Source of the DNA: Vicinamibacterales bacterium
GTDB taxonomy: Bacteria > Acidobacteriota > Vicinamibacteria > Vicinamibacterales > UBA8438
Assembly (NCBI GenBank): GCA_965116845.1
Contig: OZ220728.1
Location: 2,498,309 to 2,562,308, forward strand
Direction: 5' to 3'
DNA length: 64,000 nt
Shown: one piece after another, positions 58,897 to 64,000 of the stretch
Layout of the letters: every line of letters begins with the position of its first letter
Position numbering within the stretch: the stretch's first letter is position 1
The notes under the pieces: model-generated
The model's input: the letters and a program-made list of their open reading frames with translations, nothing else
Told to the model about the DNA's origin: nothing
Databases searched by the model: none
Made by a program: the position numbers and the translations under genes

Positions 58897-60390
58897 ATGC
58901 GCATCCGTCCGATGCTCGTCGCCCTGCTGGTGGGGGGATCCATGGCGACTGCCGCCGCGGCCGGCGCCGCGGAGCCGGCCCTCATCGACGCGGTCAAGGC
59001 CGAGGACCGCCTGCGCATAGAGCGGCTTCTGGCCGACGGCGCAGACGTCAACGCGCCGCACGGCGATGGCGCCACGGCGCTCCACTGGGCTGCGCACCGC
59101 GACCTCGCAGACGTCGCCGCGTTGCTGATCCGCGCCGGCGCCGGCGTCGACGCGACCGACGACCACGGCGTGACACCGCTGGCGCTGGCCTGCCTGAACG
59201 CGAGCGAGGCGATGGTCGGCCTGCTGCTCGCGGCGGAGGCCGACCCGAACGCCGCGACGACGAGTGGGGTCACGCCGCTGATGACCGCGGCCCGCGTCGG
59301 CGACGCCGGCGTCGTCCGCCTGCTGCTCGCCGCCGGCGCCGACCCGACCGCGGCCGAAGTGCTGCGCGGTCAGACCGCGCTCATGTGGGCGGTGGCGGAG
59401 AACCACACGCAGGCGGCGGCCGTGCTGCTCGAGGTGGGCGGCGGCGCGACGACCCGCTCCGCGAACGGCTTCACGCCGCTGCTCTTCGCCGCCCAGCAGG
59501 GCAACGTCGAGGTGGCCCGCCTGCTGCTCGCGGCCGGTGCGGACGTCGAGGAGGCCGCGCCGGAGGGGATCGCCGGCGACACCAATGCGCGCGTGCTCTT
59601 CCGGGTGGGGAGCGAGGCTTCGGCCCTGCTGGTCGCCGTCGACAGCGGGCACGCCGACGTGGCGCGCTTCCTCCTCGAGCGCGGCGCCGACCCGAACCAC
59701 ACCGGTGCGGGCCGGGCGCCCCTGCACTCCGCCGTCCAGCACGAGATGCCGGATGTCGTCGCTGCGCTGCTCGCAGCCGGTGCGGATCCGAACGCTCGCC
59801 TCGACAAACCGCTCCCGCTCGTCTCGCGCCGAATCCGGCAGGACAACGGACTGACGCCGACCACCGCCGGGTCTACCCCCTTCCTCCTCGCCGCGAGCTT
59901 CGGCGACGTCGCGAGCATGCGGCTCCTGGTCGATGCCGGGGCCGACCCGTTCCTGACGACCGACGACGGCACGACGGCGTTGATGGTCGCCGCGGGTGCC
60001 GACTACGTCGAGGGAGCGGACAAGTACGGAGTGCGCTCCTACCCGGCCTACTACGAGACGCTGCAGCAGCGCGCGCTCGCCGCGACCAGGCTCTGCCTGG
60101 AGCTGGGCCTCGACGTCAACGCCGTCAACGATCTCGGCCAGACCCCGCTGCACGGGGCGGTCTACATGGGCGGCACGGTCATCGCCCCCTACCTCGTGGA
60201 GCAGGGCGCGGAGATGGACGTCATCAACGGCCGCGGCCAGACCCCCTGGATGATCGCCGCCAAGGGCGAGTACCGCGCCGGCTCCTTCTACCGCCACGAG
60301 GAGACCGCGGTCGTGCTGGAGGCGCTAGGCGCCGACACCAACTTGGGGTTCGACCTCGGGCGCGACTGGCGGCAGGTAGCTGAGCGGTAG
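58897..60390 (+). CDS. Secreted ankyrin-repeat protein
   Basis: 497 aa from ATG 58897, with AAGGAG 6 nt upstream. Signal peptide MRIRPMLVALLVGGSMATAAAAGA. Multiple ANK units (GATALHWAA..DVNA, GVTPLALAC, GVTPLMTAA, GQTALMWAV, GFTPLLFAA, ...). Confidence 0.85.
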   Translation: MRIRPMLVALLVGGSMATAAAAGAAEPALIDAVKAEDRLRIERLLADGADVNAPHGDGATALHWAAHRDLADVAALLIRAGAGVDATDDHGVTPLALACLNASEAMVGLLLAAEADPNAATTSGVTPLMTAARVGDAGVVRLLLAAGADPTAAEVLRGQTALMWAVAENHTQAAAVLLEVGGGATTRSANGFTPLLFAAQQGNVEVARLLLAAGADVEEAAPEGIAGDTNARVLFRVGSEASALLVAVDSGHADVARFLLERGADPNHTGAGRAPLHSAVQHEMPDVVAALLAAGADPNARLDKPLPLVSRRIRQDNGLTPTTAGSTPFLLAASFGDVASMRLLVDAGADPFLTTDDGTTALMVAAGADYVEGADKYGVRSYPAYYETLQQRALAATRLCLELGLDVNAVNDLGQTPLHGAVYMGGTVIAPYLVEQGAEMDVINGRGQTPWMIAAKGEYRAGSFYRHEETAVVLEALGADTNLGFDLGRDWRQVAER

Positions 60391-60391
60391 C

Positions 60392-60409
60392 ACGCGCTGG
60401 CGAGCGCGT
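60392..60409 (+). terminator. Stem-loop directly after the ankyrin gene stop
   Basis: ACGCGCT-ggcg-AGCGCGT: 7-bp stem. Confidence 0.35.
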
Positions 60410-60468
60410 TGGGGAGTCCGCACGGGCGCCAGACTCCTGCAACAAGCCAACGGCGAGAGAATCCCGGG

Positions 60469-60494
60469 GCGGCAGGCGGGGGGCCGCCTGCCGC
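60469..60494. terminator. Perfect 11-bp stem-loop in a convergent spacer (possible bidirectional terminator)
   Basis: GCGGCAGGCGG-gggg-CCGCCTGCCGC, between the ankyrin (+) and NHL (-) genes. Confidence 0.5.
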
Positions 60495-60511
60495 AATCGC
60501 GTCAGGGTTGG

Positions 60512-60535
60512 GGCGGCGCGGCCCGCAGCGCCGCC
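60512..60535 (-). terminator. Stem-loop downstream of the NHL gene
   Basis: GGCGGCGC-ggcccgca-GCGCCGCC: 8-bp stem, 13 nt from the stop at 60548. Confidence 0.4.
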
Positions 60536-60547
60536 GCCTGGTGCAAC

Positions 60548-61495
60548 CTACTGCTTCACGTACTTGTGGAGCTCCGGCCGCACGGTATCCGCGACGTAGA
60601 CGTCGCCGTCGGGCGTCATCGTCATGTAGTGCGCCTCGCCGAACTCCCCGAGGCCGCGGCCGGGCTGGCCGTTGGCGCCCACCGCTCTGCCGTTCTCGTC
60701 GAGCTGCAGGATCTCGCCCGCGAAGCCGCTCACCATGTACATCGTGCCGTCGGAATGGATGTAGAGCCCGCAGGGGAGCCCCTTGTAGGCCCATTCCTTG
60801 ATGTAGTTGCCCTCGCTGTCGAAGATCTGGATCCGCCGGTTCTGGCGGTCGGCGACGTAGACCATCCCGTCGGTATCGATGACGATCGAGTGGGGCGTGT
60901 CGAACTCGCTCGCGCCGGTCCCCGCGTCGCCCCAGGACTTCAGTAGCGAGCCTTCCGGGTCGAACTTGAGGACGTGCGGGTCGCCGCGCCCGTGACCCAC
61001 GAGCACGAAGATCTCGCCTCCGACGCCGATGGCCAAGTCCGTGGGCTCGTTCATCAGGGGCGTGTCGTCGGAATCGATCGTCAGCAGCACATCGCCTTCG
61101 GGGTTCATCTTCCGCACCGTGTCCCCGTTGACGTCGGTCGTCCAGATGTGACCATCGCCGTCGATGCGCATGCCGTGCGGGCGGTCGTACTGCCCCTGGC
61201 CCCATGCGCGCACGAAGGTGCCGTCCGGCTCGAACTCCATCAGTGGGTTGGGGCCCCGGTTGAAGACGAGCAGGCGGTTCGTCGAGGTCCAGCCGACGCT
61301 CGACGGCGCGCCCATCTCCATGCCGTCCGGGATCTGCAGGCCGTGGGGGACGGGCCGATAGCCGAGGTCGGGCGCGTCCTCCATCTGGGCGGGGTCGGGC
61401 CCGTCGAGCACCTGGGCGCCGGCCGCTCCGGCGACGCCGAGGGCGATGGTGACGACCGCGGCGAACGTCGGAATCAGGCGACCTGCTGGCAGCAT
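60548..61495 (-). CDS. NHL-repeat beta-propeller protein (secreted)
   Basis: 315 aa from ATG 61495 (MLPAGRLIPTFAAVVTIALGVAGAAGA). Repeated blades DGHIWTTDVNG, GEIFVLVGHG, DGMVYVADRQNRRIQIFD, DGTMYMVSGF, DGDVYVADT. Confidence 0.75.
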   Translation of the reverse strand: MLPAGRLIPTFAAVVTIALGVAGAAGAQVLDGPDPAQMEDAPDLGYRPVPHGLQIPDGMEMGAPSSVGWTSTNRLLVFNRGPNPLMEFEPDGTFVRAWGQGQYDRPHGMRIDGDGHIWTTDVNGDTVRKMNPEGDVLLTIDSDDTPLMNEPTDLAIGVGGEIFVLVGHGRGDPHVLKFDPEGSLLKSWGDAGTGASEFDTPHSIVIDTDGMVYVADRQNRRIQIFDSEGNYIKEWAYKGLPCGLYIHSDGTMYMVSGFAGEILQLDENGRAVGANGQPGRGLGEFGEAHYMTMTPDGDVYVADTVRPELHKYVKQ

Positions 61496-61646
61496 ATCGG
61501 GCTCCTCTTGCGGCGTGGCGGCCGGCGTCAAGTCGGCGCGGCCCTCGATCGGCCGCATTGTAGCACCCGGGTCCGTCGGCTCGTCCTGTGCCGCGTCGTG
61601 GCATGCCGGGCGGGTGTCAACGACGTGCTATAACTGTCCGAACCGC

Positions 61647-61835
61647 ATGGCGACACCCGTGCCGCGTGCGCTCGTGACGGCCGAGGAACTGTTCGAACGC
61701 CCGGACGGTCAGAGGTACGAACTGGTCGCGGGAGGCCTCGTTCGCATGCCTCCTTCCGGCGCCAGACACAGCGCGGTCGCCGGAATCGCCCGCCTGCTCG
61801 ACGAGCACGCCGATGCCCACGACCTCGGGTCTGCG
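61647..61835 (+). pseudogene. N-terminal fragment of a Uma2-family (DUF820) endonuclease
   Basis: MATPVPRALVTAEELFERPDGQRYELVAGGLVRMPPSGARHSAVAGIARLLDEH resembles Uma2 N-termini. The frame then loses all resemblance (Arg-rich junk) and runs into the next gene. I could find no PD-(D/E)xK part in any frame. Confidence 0.4.
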
Positions 61836-61944
61836 GTGCGGCCGGTCTTTCCCTTCGTGAACGTCCAGTCGCCGTTCGGGACGGGAAGCTCCGTCGGCTG
61901 GCTGCCCCGGCGCCGGAGTCGGCGTCGAAGAATAGGAGCGCGCA

Positions 61945-63468
<1,524 letters not shown>

Positions 63469-63643
63469 GTCTGGGTGGTGGAGCCGTCCACGCGGAGCGT
63501 CCGCGCATACTTTTCGCCGGAGGATGTGCGGGTCATCCGGGAGGACGGTGAGCTAACCGGGGGTGACGCCTGCCGGGGTCTCGTTGTGAAGTGAAGCGGC
63601 TCTTCGCCTTGTGACGGCGCACGCCGTGCGCAACCGGGTCGAG

Positions 63644-63883
63644 CTACGCGGCGTCCGTGCGTCCCGCGTTGCCGGGGCGCCGACCCGTGACTGCATCACG
63701 CAGCCCTTCGAGCAGTCCCTCGACCCTTGCCAATCGTTCCCGAACCTCGGCAAGCGACTTGGCGAGCGTCGTCACCTCGTCGCGCAACCCGCGTTGCGCC
63801 GCCAGCAGGAAACCCGCGAGCGTGACCATCAGGAGGGTCTGGGACACTCCCACGGCGAGAACGGCTATCAGTTCGTCAGACAT
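63644..63883 (-). CDS. Hypothetical small membrane/coiled-coil protein
   Basis: 79 aa from ATG 63883, with GGGAG upstream. MSDELIAVLAVGVSQTLLMVTLAGFLLAA, then a heptad-like LAKSLAEVRERLARVEGLLEGL. I recognise no family. Confidence 0.3.
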   Translation of the reverse strand: MSDELIAVLAVGVSQTLLMVTLAGFLLAAQRGLRDEVTTLAKSLAEVRERLARVEGLLEGLRDAVTGRRPGNAGRTDAA

Positions 63884-64000
63884 GACTCGAAGGCTCCCAC
63901 CATTATGACTGGCAACTCCGGCGTCGGGTGACCCCGGTCGACGGACATCACGCTCGTTCATGCAAGTACGGTGCCAGCAGCACCCGGGGCAACCCGGTCA

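Noticed and set aside
63491-63514. An intrinsic terminator after the serine hydrolase gene (CGCGGA-gcg-TCCGCG followed by CTTTT).
   Set aside because: A 6-bp stem with a 3-nt loop is marginal, and the T-run is separated from the stem by 5 nt. I noted it but do not call it.

Overview
This is a very GC-rich chromosomal segment. Nearly every real gene is shadowed by long spurious antisense ORFs. It comes from a diderm bacterium, since BamA, TamB and lipoproteins are present. DUF1592/DUF1552 pairs, a two-gene egtB-egtD ergothioneine pathway and class II RNR suggest Acidobacteriota or Gemmatimonadota, but that is inference only. I call about 50 protein genes and one tRNA, mostly housekeeping. On the + strand: dprA-topA-trmFO-xerC, then a roughly 7-kb mixed block (ABC-F, HTH/pseudo-receiver, ECF sigma/anti-sigma plus envelope proteins, APC permease), then hslV-hslU. 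These are followed by an FN3 lipoprotein, an FAH hydrolase, transaldolase, an acyl-CoA carboxylase split by an SNF2 helicase/SWIM-HTH pair, tamB-bamA-surA-like, a CPBP protease (- strand), nrdJ and an SDR. On the - strand: rpmE with a JmjC/cupin-4 oxygenase, engB-lon-clpX-clpP-tig-tRNA-Leu, a TerB/betaine-type ABC transporter and a DUF1552/DUF1592 pair. Further + strand genes are a Tat-lipopeptide with a PepSY-TM gene, egtB-egtD-AI-2E, a secreted ankyrin protein and a serine hydrolase; an NHL propeller lies on the - strand. I found no rRNA, CRISPR, transposase, prophage or recognisable defence genes. I do not see an unmistakable novel multi-gene system. The best leads are: (i) a ~90-nt structured intergenic repeat in three copies; (ii) the SNF2/SWIM-HTH module with a 17-bp tandem array filling its internal spacer; (iii) an HTH/pseudo-receiver abutting an ABC-F gene; (iv) an HslV that needs propeptide removal; (v) a JmjC oxygenase in apparent operon with L31; (vi) an ergothioneine locus with two candidate transporters; (vii) a tiny Tat-lipopeptide gene, a strong hairpin and a PepSY-TM gene. 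All coordinates and alignments were done by eye from the sequence and the ORF track.
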